Shown piece by piece: positions 28,987 through 38,031 of a DNA stretch of 64,000 nucleotides; position 1 is the first letter of the stretch, and every line of letters starts with the position of its first letter. The notes beneath the pieces are model-generated. The model saw only the letters and a program-made list of their open reading frames with translations, searched no databases and was not told the origin of the DNA. This stretch comes from an uncultured Muribaculaceae bacterium (lineage in GTDB: Bacteria > Bacillota_I > Bacilli_A > RF39 > UBA660): the NCBI GenBank assembly GCA_964408085.1, contig CAYOYB010000004.1, positions 1,057-65,056 of the forward strand, given 5' to 3'. The position numbers and the translations under genes are program-made.

Positions 28987-29001
28987 AATATTCCTCCCCT
29001 A

Positions 29002-30159
29002 CTATTCTGCTAATATTTCAACATTATCACTAATTTTTGAAACATTTAAAGGTGCTACATTATTTAAATTAACATTTTGACTATTGTTAGAAACATATGT
29101 CTCACCACTTTTAATTATATCTTTTGGTAAAACAACACCCTGAGCATCTAGATAATCCAATAAATATTGACTTGGATTATTACGATAAACTTTTCCTTCG
29201 GTTGTTTTTCTATAGATTGTGTTATACTCAGCTTGATTATCCTTAGTTACATAAAATTCGGTTACTTCAGCAATTTCCCTTACAAATCTTTTAGTTGCTT
29301 TATCCTGATATCCTCTAATATAAACACCAATTTGAATATAACGATAAATAGACTTTAAAAATTGATCAATATCTTGATTAGTTTCAAGCAAACTATACAT
29401 ACGGTTAGGAATTGAAGCTGCTTTATCAGCATGGATAGTTGATAAAATATAGTGCCCTGAAGAAATTGAGTTTCGAACAGCCATAACAGCTTCAGCACTA
29501 CGTACTTCGGAAAGTAAAATCCACTTAGGATTCTGACGCATACAAGTTACTAAAACATCAGAATATGAAGCTATATTATTAGTCTTCATAGCTACAATAT
29601 CACGATGTGGGAAAATCCTATCCAAATGCAGTTCCAATGTATCCTCGATTGTAATAATTTTTTCGTTTTCTTTAGTCTTTGAAGCTAAATATTTAACAAA
29701 TTCAGTTTTACCAGAACCTGTTTCTCCACAAACAATTATATTACAATGACCTAAAACACATTGTTCCAAAAAATCATGAATATCTAACGTAATATAGTTT
29801 TCGTTTAAAATTTTCTCTTTCTCTAAACGAATTTTAGCAGGTGTTTTACGAACAACCACCGCAATTCCATTTTTAGCAATCGATTCATGAACAAAATTTA
29901 AACGTAATTCAGCACTTTCAGCATCCAAGAATGGATGAGCCATATTAAAGGTTTTACCCATAACATTTGAACATTGAAAGGCCAATTTTTCCATAAAAGC
30001 ATTGTTTATTGCGGGATTCTCAATTCTGAAAATACCACGCGACAAAGTTTTTAACCAAACTTGACCACCATTACTATATGAAACATCGGTAATATCATCT
30101 TCCAATAGATATTCGCGCAATGGGCCGAAATCTATTGAAGAAAACATATTATCATTCAT
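29002..30159 (-). CDS. TadA/CpaF-type (VirB11-superfamily) secretion ATPase
   Basis: 385 aa. Walker A is VCGETGSGKTEF. Asp box IITIEDTLELH, Walker B WILLSEVRSAEA and His box LSTIHADKA. Confidence 0.85.
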   Translation of the reverse strand: MNDNMFSSIDFGPLREYLLEDDITDVSYSNGGQVWLKTLSRGIFRIENPAINNAFMEKLAFQCSNVMGKTFNMAHPFLDAESAELRLNFVHESIAKNGIAVVVRKTPAKIRLEKEKILNENYITLDIHDFLEQCVLGHCNIIVCGETGSGKTEFVKYLASKTKENEKIITIEDTLELHLDRIFPHRDIVAMKTNNIASYSDVLVTCMRQNPKWILLSEVRSAEAVMAVRNSISSGHYILSTIHADKAASIPNRMYSLLETNQDIDQFLKSIYRYIQIGVYIRGYQDKATKRFVREIAEVTEFYVTKDNQAEYNTIYRKTTEGKVYRNNPSQYLLDYLDAQGVVLPKDIIKSGETYVSNNSQNVNLNNVAPLNVSKISDNVEILAE

Positions 30160-30161
30160 AA

Positions 30162-30989
30162 TTACTCACCAAGATTATTATCATCAAGATTATTATCAGT
30201 GTTGTCAGTAGGAGTTTCATCAATTACAACTGTATGTGCATTAATAAAATCTCTTAAATATTGTGTACTAACTTCTGTAACTAATTCTTCATCATCAATT
30301 GTCGTTCCATGTGGAACTGGGAATAAAACTACAGATTTACTTGATAAATAACTAGCTTTTCTTAGTAATATATGTAAATCTTCAGTTACACCAAAATATA
30401 AATAAGCTGGAGTTCTTTTTGAACTCATATCTTCAAAAACATTATTTCCTGATGAATCTTTTACAGCTAAAACTTGAATATTTTCCAATAATCTACCAAC
30501 CATGATTTCTCCATTATCATCAACAGCCTTCATATAGATATCTACATAGCTGTCTGGAACAATTGAGTTACCATAAGTAGTAGCCATACTTACAGGAAAG
30601 TTATATGGAATTTCTCCCTCTTTAATATTAGTAAATAAAGCATCTGGCATATCATCAGCACTAACAACTACTCCACTATAGAACATACTACCAGCTGGAA
30701 TTACAGTATTAATTGCTGAATATTTACCAACAATTGACCCTTCAGATCTAATAACGTTTTCTGAAACTGCAACAGATGGAATGCTAACATATTTAATCAT
30801 ATCTTTAGTAATCAAAGTTCTAGGTTGAATTGTTACCTTTGCAGTTGGAATCCTTACAGGACTAGTAGCTTTTTTAATTTGTGAATTATAACCAAAATAG
30901 ATAATCGCAATTACAAGAATTACTCCTAATATTGTGACAGTATTTTTGTTTGTAAAAAATCTTTTTATAGAAATTATAATATTATTCAT
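30162..30989 (-). CDS. CpaB/RcpC-like pilus assembly protein (N-terminal TM + SAF-like domain)
   Basis: 275 aa. A TM helix (VTILGVILVIAIIYFGY) followed by VTIQPRTLITKDMIKYVSIP...GKYSAINTVIPAGSMF, the usual CpaB pattern. Confidence 0.6.
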   Translation of the reverse strand: MNNIIISIKRFFTNKNTVTILGVILVIAIIYFGYNSQIKKATSPVRIPTAKVTIQPRTLITKDMIKYVSIPSVAVSENVIRSEGSIVGKYSAINTVIPAGSMFYSGVVVSADDMPDALFTNIKEGEIPYNFPVSMATTYGNSIVPDSYVDIYMKAVDDNGEIMVGRLLENIQVLAVKDSSGNNVFEDMSSKRTPAYLYFGVTEDLHILLRKASYLSSKSVVLFPVPHGTTIDDEELVTEVSTQYLRDFINAHTVVIDETPTDNTDNNLDDNNLGE

Positions 30990-31016
30990 ATTTTTTCCTC
31001 TCTTCCTTCTTTTTTA

Positions 31017-31418
31017 TTAATAAGGTGTCTCTAATATAGCATCAAGTGTATTCGTTAAATCAAATGAAATTATTTCATTAGTTATACTAGAATTTAAGCT
31101 ACTAGACACTCGCACACTAACCTTAGGTGGTTCTTCATTAATATCCACTATATCAATTTTATATGTTCTAGATAAATTTGCATTTTCTGCAAAACGACGA
31201 TAAAAATTTTCAATAAATTTTTCCGCATCAATCCTAATCTCTCCAGTTGTATGATAAGTAGGTAAATCAAATGCATCGTACATCGCAGCTTCAGTAGTTT
31301 CCTTTAATAAAGTATAATTATGTTCTTCTGTATTGGTCAAGGATTGGAATAGATAGATAAAGAAAATCATCAATATTCCTACACCTACAACCAAAATTCC
31401 CCAAAACGATTCCTTCAT
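31017..31418 (-). CDS. prepilin-like/pseudopilin-like protein
   Basis: 133 aa. N-terminus MKESFWG|ILVVGVGILMIFFIYLF has the same leader pattern as the other three prepilin-like ORFs. Confidence 0.5.
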   Translation of the reverse strand: MKESFWGILVVGVGILMIFFIYLFQSLTNTEEHNYTLLKETTEAAMYDAFDLPTYHTTGEIRIDAEKFIENFYRRFAENANLSRTYKIDIVDINEEPPKVSVRVSSSLNSSITNEIISFDLTNTLDAILETPY

Positions 31419-31430
31419 TTGATTCTCCCC

Positions 31431-34400
31431 TTATCTAGTCTTTAAAATATCACTAAATCTATCATCATTAGTAATTTTAATAGAAAAATTTCCACCATAA
31501 CTAACGGCAATATTTTCTAATTCTTCATGGATAAATAAACTATATCCTCCACCATAAGTACCTGGTGAATTGCTTGGATAAATAAGTGTACCCTTTAAAT
31601 AATCGCCATCCATGCTATCATGATTGTCTTTTCTAATTTCTTTAATTGCTGCTGGTGTTAATGTTAGACTATATAAAGGTTCTAAAGAATAAACTCCCAT
31701 ACCATTAGCACCTCTATTTTCTGTAATTATAGACTCTTTCCCACTCCAATTTTTACCTGGAATTCTTGAACTACCATCAGCGCCTGGGAAAGGATTATCT
31801 AAGTCAATTAATCGATAAATAACATTTAATCCTGCAACATCTCCACATTCTGGAACTGGCTTACCATCAACTATGCATTCACCATAATCACCAATATCAT
31901 CATCATCGTCATCATCACAAGGTGGATCTACACATATTCCATCATCATCGTCATCATCACAAGGTGGATTTACACATATTCCATCATCATCAGGTGACGC
32001 TATAATTCTATTTTTAACAACAAAACGACAAATACCATATGGGTCACCATATATACATTCCCCGCCAGTACATTCCTCTATACCTAAATCATCAACAATT
32101 GTATCAAAATGACCTTCACCGTTTTCATCAACACTTCCTAAAATCCAATATTTTAAACCAATAGGATATAAACCAGAGCCATTCATAAATTCTACAGACA
32201 ATGTTCCATCTGGTAATTCTTGATAATTATTATATGTTTCTTTAAAACTTTTATATGAAACTTCTCTTACGCATGAACAAGAGCCATCGTCTCCTCTATC
32301 TCTTACTTCACCATCTTTGCATATACAAGCATTTATTTTTTCATTTAATCGATATAAATCAGAAGTTGATATATAGCTAACATAAACTGTATTCCATAGT
32401 TCTTTTGAAGAATAATCAAATGGAGGGCCAGCCTCTATAAATCCTGAACATCTACTAAAGCTATCTACATTCAACATTTTTACATTACCAAAAGCATAAC
32501 GATTACCTAAATCAGCATTAGGATCAACTGGTTTTACTGCACCAGCTCCACAAACACCTTCGTAATCTTCTGTCGCACCAGGAACCCACGAAGCATCATT
32601 AATTAAACAGGTTATACCATCATCACGTTCAGACATAGTAAACACATGTTCTGTGTTACATTCATCATTATTGTCTACACATGCATAATTTACGCCAAAC
32701 CCACCAGCACCATTAATCTTTTCAATATCAGTAGGAGTAGAATAAGTATGCACATCAAATAGTGTTTGATATTCTAATTCTATATTCATATCCAAAAGAA
32801 TATTACCAGATTGATGGCATTCTAAAACATTATTAAATATTTCCGCTGTTTTTGGAGAAAAGCCTTCTACATTAGCCTTATAATTAGCTAAATGTTCTTC
32901 ACAAACTTGAACTTGTGATTTAACAAAATGCTGACCAAGCGAACCACAAGAAGGACTATAAGCAGTACCTCCTATAAAAGCATACCAATGTTGAGCATCT
33001 TTACCAGTTAACTCCTTTGTGCACACATAGTTAGGTTTCCAACCACATATATATTGTTCTGAATGAGTATGACCATTTTGATCTGTGACTGACTTTGTAC
33101 AGTATATAGGGCATTGACCAGCTTGACCAGCTTCTATACAAACACTAGTAGGAGCACAATGATCTTCATATTCGCTCGCATAAGCATTACAATTCGCAAA
33201 ATCTCCATCTGTAACTGGTTGTACCCCCCATTTGTCATTACAAGTCAAATTTGCTAAATCAGCAGCAGCATCCCTAGCAGCCTTACTATATTCCTGATAA
33301 TTATCAATAGCTTTATCCAAATCAATATCAACGGCACAAATTTTTGCCCCAGTAGCTTTAGCAATATCATTTTCTGAATCTTTAATTGTCCATTTGAAAT
33401 ATCTACCAGCTTCTACATAAGGATAATTATCTGGCAAATCAACTTCAAAAACTTCTTGGCAATGAATTTTACAATAGTCATTTATTTTAGTTGAATAACG
33501 AGCATCATTTGAATAAGCCACAGCTAAAAAAGTATTATCAGAAAAATCATTAGCGATGTTCATTACCCAATCTGCTGGTAGCTTTCCATCAACAATTGCT
33601 TTTTCAATTTTTTCTGTAGTATTATATTGTGCAAATTGTCCACCACTACTATTAAATACACCATCTCTAAAATAAGACGTATTATTTGTATTATCATCAT
33701 CACAATAATTTACAATAATTTCTGGTTCTAGATTTGGCACACTACAATTAGTTTTATTTCCACAATACTCTTCAAACAAATCCTGTTTATCTGCCCAATA
33801 GTCACTGTACGATTTTCTTTCAGTTCCATCACAAATTGGAACTCCTGTATCCTCACAGCAAGAATCAATAGCTGATGGTATACAGCATGGTTTACAATAT
33901 AGTTCAAAGAAATCTTGTTTATCTTCCCAATATTTCTCTGCAGGCTCACAAGCTTCTACTGTACCATCTTCACTTATATCACCAGTTTCATAACAGCAAT
34001 AAGGATCATCTGGATGAAAATTATCACCAGCATTTGTTACACAAGCTTCATATTCTCTATAATCGGTGTAATCTTCTGGTTTGCCACATGGCACACAACA
34101 TCCTTTTGGTTCATCACAATTTTTTGCAGCCTTTCCAAGCCATACTAATTGCATAGAAGATCCCCATGGATTTCCATTGCTGTCTTTAGCCTTACCAGCA
34201 AATATATCCATTCTGTTAGAAGGCTCATTCCCCGCATTATTGCTAGTAGGTTGTGAAGTAAAATATGCATATATTGAACCATTCGATTTAAGTTGATATT
34301 TCAACGAATCATTATCTTCTTGATTAGTAAGATACATATTTATCAAATTTCGATATACTGAACCACCAAAATTATTTTTATATGTATTTGTACTTATTTC

Positions 34401-35066
34401 ACCAGCAGCATGAGATGCAGCGAAAAAGTTAGCAGCTTCTGTACCAGAAAAAACATAATATACATAATTATCATCATGCATTCTAACCAACGGTTCAATC
34501 AATACATACGTCTTTTTTAATTCTTCGCACTCATTATTTTCTACATATTTGCAAACATCAAATCCAACATCATTTAAAAAATCTGGGTTCTTACATGAAT
34601 CTCCATTGACCTCCCTATCGATAATATTCTCTAAGGTAATATGTTTTGTACTCCAACTTCCTGTACCCGCACCACTGATATGATTTGCATCATATAGCAA
34701 ATTTCCTACTGCATCAGTTCCATAAGTGTATGGGCCAAAATTCTGCAATGGTGTATAGCCAAGACCACCTTGATTTACAATGGCCGTCTTATATGTAGCA
34801 CCAGGCATTTGTTTGATTGTAGATGAAGAAAATGAAGACTGCCAATAGTCAATTGTTCTTTCTGACTTTCTATTTCCATTTTCATCAACTACAGTAATAC
34901 GAACACCATAATCACCATCGCCAGAAATACGAAGTCCTGTACTAACATTGGTAGTTGTTCCACCTGTTATAGCATTACCATTACTATCAACATCCACATC
35001 CGCCTTTACAGCAAATGGTATCACTAATAAAATTATTAATATTATGTTATAAAAAACTTTTTTCAT
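31431..35066 (-). CDS. 1211-aa secreted Cys-rich protein (candidate pilus-associated adhesin/tip protein)
   Basis: Signal peptide MKKVFYNIILIILLVIPFAVKA|D. I count 52 Cys, often as CC, CxC or CxxC. There is a duplicated motif YWEDKQDFFELYC / YWADKQDLFEEYC and a tandem GICV(N/D)PPCDDDDDD repeat. Confidence 0.75.
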   Translation of the reverse strand: MKKVFYNIILIILLVIPFAVKADVDVDSNGNAITGGTTTNVSTGLRISGDGDYGVRITVVDENGNRKSERTIDYWQSSFSSSTIKQMPGATYKTAIVNQGGLGYTPLQNFGPYTYGTDAVGNLLYDANHISGAGTGSWSTKHITLENIIDREVNGDSCKNPDFLNDVGFDVCKYVENNECEELKKTYVLIEPLVRMHDDNYVYYVFSGTEAANFFAASHAAGEISTNTYKNNFGGSVYRNLINMYLTNQEDNDSLKYQLKSNGSIYAYFTSQPTSNNAGNEPSNRMDIFAGKAKDSNGNPWGSSMQLVWLGKAAKNCDEPKGCCVPCGKPEDYTDYREYEACVTNAGDNFHPDDPYCCYETGDISEDGTVEACEPAEKYWEDKQDFFELYCKPCCIPSAIDSCCEDTGVPICDGTERKSYSDYWADKQDLFEEYCGNKTNCSVPNLEPEIIVNYCDDDNTNNTSYFRDGVFNSSGGQFAQYNTTEKIEKAIVDGKLPADWVMNIANDFSDNTFLAVAYSNDARYSTKINDYCKIHCQEVFEVDLPDNYPYVEAGRYFKWTIKDSENDIAKATGAKICAVDIDLDKAIDNYQEYSKAARDAAADLANLTCNDKWGVQPVTDGDFANCNAYASEYEDHCAPTSVCIEAGQAGQCPIYCTKSVTDQNGHTHSEQYICGWKPNYVCTKELTGKDAQHWYAFIGGTAYSPSCGSLGQHFVKSQVQVCEEHLANYKANVEGFSPKTAEIFNNVLECHQSGNILLDMNIELEYQTLFDVHTYSTPTDIEKINGAGGFGVNYACVDNNDECNTEHVFTMSERDDGITCLINDASWVPGATEDYEGVCGAGAVKPVDPNADLGNRYAFGNVKMLNVDSFSRCSGFIEAGPPFDYSSKELWNTVYVSYISTSDLYRLNEKINACICKDGEVRDRGDDGSCSCVREVSYKSFKETYNNYQELPDGTLSVEFMNGSGLYPIGLKYWILGSVDENGEGHFDTIVDDLGIEECTGGECIYGDPYGICRFVVKNRIIASPDDDGICVNPPCDDDDDDGICVDPPCDDDDDDDIGDYGECIVDGKPVPECGDVAGLNVIYRLIDLDNPFPGADGSSRIPGKNWSGKESIITENRGANGMGVYSLEPLYSLTLTPAAIKEIRKDNHDSMDGDYLKGTLIYPSNSPGTYGGGYSLFIHEELENIAVSYGGNFSIKITNDDRFSDILKTR
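31899..31982 (-). repeat. 42-nt perfect-but-one tandem duplication inside the Cys-rich gene
   Basis: 31899-31940 and 31941-31982 are identical except for one position (c/t at 31928/31970). They encode GICVNPPCDDDDDD and GICVDPPCDDDDDD. Confidence 0.9.
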
Positions 35067-35078
35067 TTTTTCACCCCC

Positions 35079-35546
35079 CTATGAGCAAGTCATTCCTTCT
35101 CCAATATAATAATCAACTGTATAATTGATATTAAAATTGTCATTACTATCGCAGAAATTCAAATAAAAAGGTTCAATTTCTAATAATTTTTCTTTATTGA
35201 TTTTTGAGAAATCAATTGTTAATTCTATATTAAGTTCATTATTAGATATATTGTCACTATATTCAAATCCATCAATTTCTTTAAATTTTTCAAAGTAGCT
35301 TTGTTTATAAGTTTGCATATTTTCTAATGTTGTGACATTATCACTTGAATACTTTTCTGTTCTTGTATACTTAATTAACTTATCAGAACTTGATTCAAAA
35401 TTATACTTAACATCATAAGTATAATCTTCATTAATAGCTTGATGTGAACATTGATGAGATTTAATTTCCTCTTTTTTACTACAACCACATCCACTAATAA
35501 ATAATGCTAATACTAGGAAATTAAGAACAATTATTGCTTTTTTCAT
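35079..35546 (-). CDS. small lipoprotein, function unknown
   Basis: 155 aa with lipobox LFISGCGC. Tightly packed upstream of the Cys-rich gene. Confidence 0.6.
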   Translation of the reverse strand: MKKAIIVLNFLVLALFISGCGCSKKEEIKSHQCSHQAINEDYTYDVKYNFESSSDKLIKYTRTEKYSSDNVTTLENMQTYKQSYFEKFKEIDGFEYSDNISNNELNIELTIDFSKINKEKLLEIEPFYLNFCDSNDNFNINYTVDYYIGEGMTCS

Positions 35547-35560
35547 TTTTTCACCCTTTT

Positions 35561-36208
35561 CTAAAATCCAAATGTATCTTTCTTATAATGAACAATTTTA
35601 ATAATTATTATTATAATTGCTATTCCAATTGCGATATATAATCCATACATACTTATAAAACTCATTGCCAAATCTATAACACTAATTTCTTTATTAATTT
35701 TAGAATCATCTATAATTCCATTTTTTTCTTTATAGTCATTAACTTTCTTTATGAATTCATTCCTTGATAATGAATGTGACACCCATTTTTGACACAATTC
35801 AAATTCTTTAGCATTATCACATACACTTAATTTATAAAAAGGATTGTATGTAGGTGTTGTTGCATATAAACTACCAACGTTTTGATTAATACAAGAATTA
35901 GTCCCATAAAAATTAAATGTATAGCTTTGCCCATCAGAATAATTATTTAAAACTATTTCATTATTAACTAAATCATAAGTTCGATAAATATTACCAAACG
36001 GATCTCTAAAATAAAGTTCTGGATTCAAATTGCTAAATTTAATTGAAAATACTGCATTATCTTGAACCATCTGATAATCATAACTAACATTAATATTAGA
36101 TATAATTTTTTTTAATCTTGCTTTATCTGTAGAAGAACAAGATGCATAAACACTATTAGGAAATAAACATAATAATATTAAAATAAGTATATATTTAAAT
36201 TGCTTCAT
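35561..36208 (-). CDS. secreted protein with C-terminal TM anchor, function unknown
   Basis: Start moved to MKQFKYIL (ATG 36208, GAGGTGGA RBS). Signal peptide ending VYASC and a C-terminal helix YGLYIAIGIAIIIIIIKIV. Confidence 0.55.
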   Translation of the reverse strand: MKQFKYILILILLCLFPNSVYASCSSTDKARLKKIISNINVSYDYQMVQDNAVFSIKFSNLNPELYFRDPFGNIYRTYDLVNNEIVLNNYSDGQSYTFNFYGTNSCINQNVGSLYATTPTYNPFYKLSVCDNAKEFELCQKWVSHSLSRNEFIKKVNDYKEKNGIIDDSKINKEISVIDLAMSFISMYGLYIAIGIAIIIIIIKIVHYKKDTFGF

Positions 36209-36277
36209 TAAACATTTCCACCTCAATTATATTATATATTTTCTTCAAAATCAACAAAAATCAACATTATTTACATT

Positions 36278-37885
36278 TTAAATAACTTTATAGACATAAA
36301 TATAATCACGAACTTTTAAAGTTAATGATAATTCTTGAGCATTTTCTACTTCTTTAATAAGTTCAAGATAATAAGTATTATCTTCATTAAGTCTTATTGA
36401 TTTAACATTTTTTAATATAGAATTATCTTTCTTTTCTGTGCCATCAATAGTATAAGAAAATGAACCATATAAACTAATAAAATTATATAAATTTGTTGTT
36501 TTGCTTCTAGCAACATTTTCATCCCAAGAAATTGTACCATTAACTTTAAGAAGAGTTTTATCATAGTTATTAATAATAGATGGTTTTAAATATTCAATTG
36601 AAGGGTAACAATCGTTTTCACTAACACAGAAGTTATAATCCAGTTTAAACATTTCACTTATATTTTGTTCATTAATTGTAAATTGTGTTTTCTCTAAAAT
36701 ACTGCCACCAAAATCAATTGTTTCTCCTAATTTATATTCCTTTGTTGCTTTTACTTGATCTAAATTTCTTGTTACAATTCCAACATTTATAGTTTTTGCT
36801 TCTGTACTAGATACACTACCACTACTATCAACATATCTAAAAGTCATTTTTTTATCAACATCATTTTTATCAATAGGATAAATAAGCAAATATTTTATAA
36901 ATTGATTATTTATATATTCATTATTATAACCGTTACCTATATCTACAAATTTATCTATATAAGTACTATCATGATAATATTTATTATATCCAACAATCAA
37001 TTCTGGTCTAGCCAAATTAAGTTGTTTTGCTGTTTTACCATTAGTCTTTATAGTAACTTCTAAAATAACAAAAGACTTATTTTCAGAAATTTTGTTACCT
37101 TTGTAATCTAGATTAGTTATATAAGTGTTACTAATTGCCATCGTAAAATCACGAGTAGTAAAAAAATCAGTTTGCGTATATTTTTTACTATATACACCTA
37201 AACTTAAATAAACAATTAAACAAATAATACTAACTGATAAAGAACTAATAAAGAAAAACAAATAACGGTTTTCAACATAAAAATATTTTAAAAATCTTTT
37301 ACTTTTATTAACACCTCTATGAACTCTATCAACATCAATTTCAACATTAAACTCAAATTCTTCATTATCTTCTTCTACTATTTCTAAATCTTTTAAATCT
37401 TCTTTAAAATTAAATTTTTTAATATCAAATCCTAACGCTCTTATGCCATATAGAATAATAGTAATAGCTTGAGCCATACTAATTACGACTAAAAAATCTC
37501 TAACATTTCTTAAAACCTTAGGATCAACGATTTTTATTTCCATATCACCTACTACACTATAAGAATAGGCAATTAAAATAAACGCAATTACATAAGCAAT
37601 AATCGTCCAAATATATAATTTAATAGATTTTTGTTTCATTAACAATAGAAAAATTACTATTAAAGTAAAAATGATAACAGCAAAAATTGCCAAATATATA
37701 TATATATCATATAAAAATTCGGTAGGGTTAGTAGATAAAACTCCCGTGTAACTAGATATAGCTATATCAAAAAAATTAATAATACGACTAAAACGATATA
37801 TAATATATACCATTAATAAAGTTAAAATCAAATGAATTAGTTTAAAATGCTTAATCAAAATTTTATATGGTTTTCTTAATATCAC
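36278..37885 (-). CDS. first gene of the cluster: membrane protein (about 5 N-terminal TM helices, one central TM, large C-terminal extracytoplasmic domain)
   Basis: 535-aa ORF with a GTG start as listed (start uncertain). No catalytic motif recognised. Confidence 0.55.
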   Translation of the reverse strand: MILRKPYKILIKHFKLIHLILTLLMVYIIYRFSRIINFFDIAISSYTGVLSTNPTEFLYDIYIYLAIFAVIIFTLIVIFLLLMKQKSIKLYIWTIIAYVIAFILIAYSYSVVGDMEIKIVDPKVLRNVRDFLVVISMAQAITIILYGIRALGFDIKKFNFKEDLKDLEIVEEDNEEFEFNVEIDVDRVHRGVNKSKRFLKYFYVENRYLFFFISSLSVSIICLIVYLSLGVYSKKYTQTDFFTTRDFTMAISNTYITNLDYKGNKISENKSFVILEVTIKTNGKTAKQLNLARPELIVGYNKYYHDSTYIDKFVDIGNGYNNEYINNQFIKYLLIYPIDKNDVDKKMTFRYVDSSGSVSSTEAKTINVGIVTRNLDQVKATKEYKLGETIDFGGSILEKTQFTINEQNISEMFKLDYNFCVSENDCYPSIEYLKPSIINNYDKTLLKVNGTISWDENVARSKTTNLYNFISLYGSFSYTIDGTEKKDNSILKNVKSIRLNEDNTYYLELIKEVENAQELSLTLKVRDYIYVYKVI

Positions 37886-37914
37886 ACTATCACCCTATTT
37901 TTACCTATTATATT

Positions 37915-37923
37915 AGTATAACA
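37915..37923 (-). promoter_or_regulatory. candidate extended -10 element upstream of the whole cluster
   Basis: On the - strand, TGTTATACT (TGnTATACT) lies about 30 nt upstream of the first ORF. No good -35 element. Confidence 0.3.
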
Positions 37924-38031
37924 CAAAAATCTCAAAAAAAAAGAATTTATTAAAAACTTTTTCAAATAAATTATATTAATCAGTATAAAAAATATTTACA
38001 TATTAATATTGAGCATATTACACTTTTAATT

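Noticed and set aside
31899-31982. Possible CRISPR or non-coding tandem repeat
   Set aside because: There are only two units and no spacers, and the repeat is in frame within a long ORF (it encodes GICVxPPCDDDDDD twice). It is a coding tandem duplication. No CRISPR array exists in the window.
33728-34296. Cluster of short ORFs on both strands within the Cys-rich gene
   Set aside because: They are nested in a 1211-aa ORF with a signal peptide and consistent coding character. They probably arise because the Cys/Asp/Tyr-rich codons leave alternative frames open.
6876-37923. Calling the whole pilin/T4SS region an integrative conjugative element or prophage
   Set aside because: No integrase, recombinase, transposase, relaxase, replication or phage structural gene is recognisable. 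No flanking direct repeats were found around it. Base composition looks the same as in the housekeeping flanks. No mobile_element feature is therefore reported.
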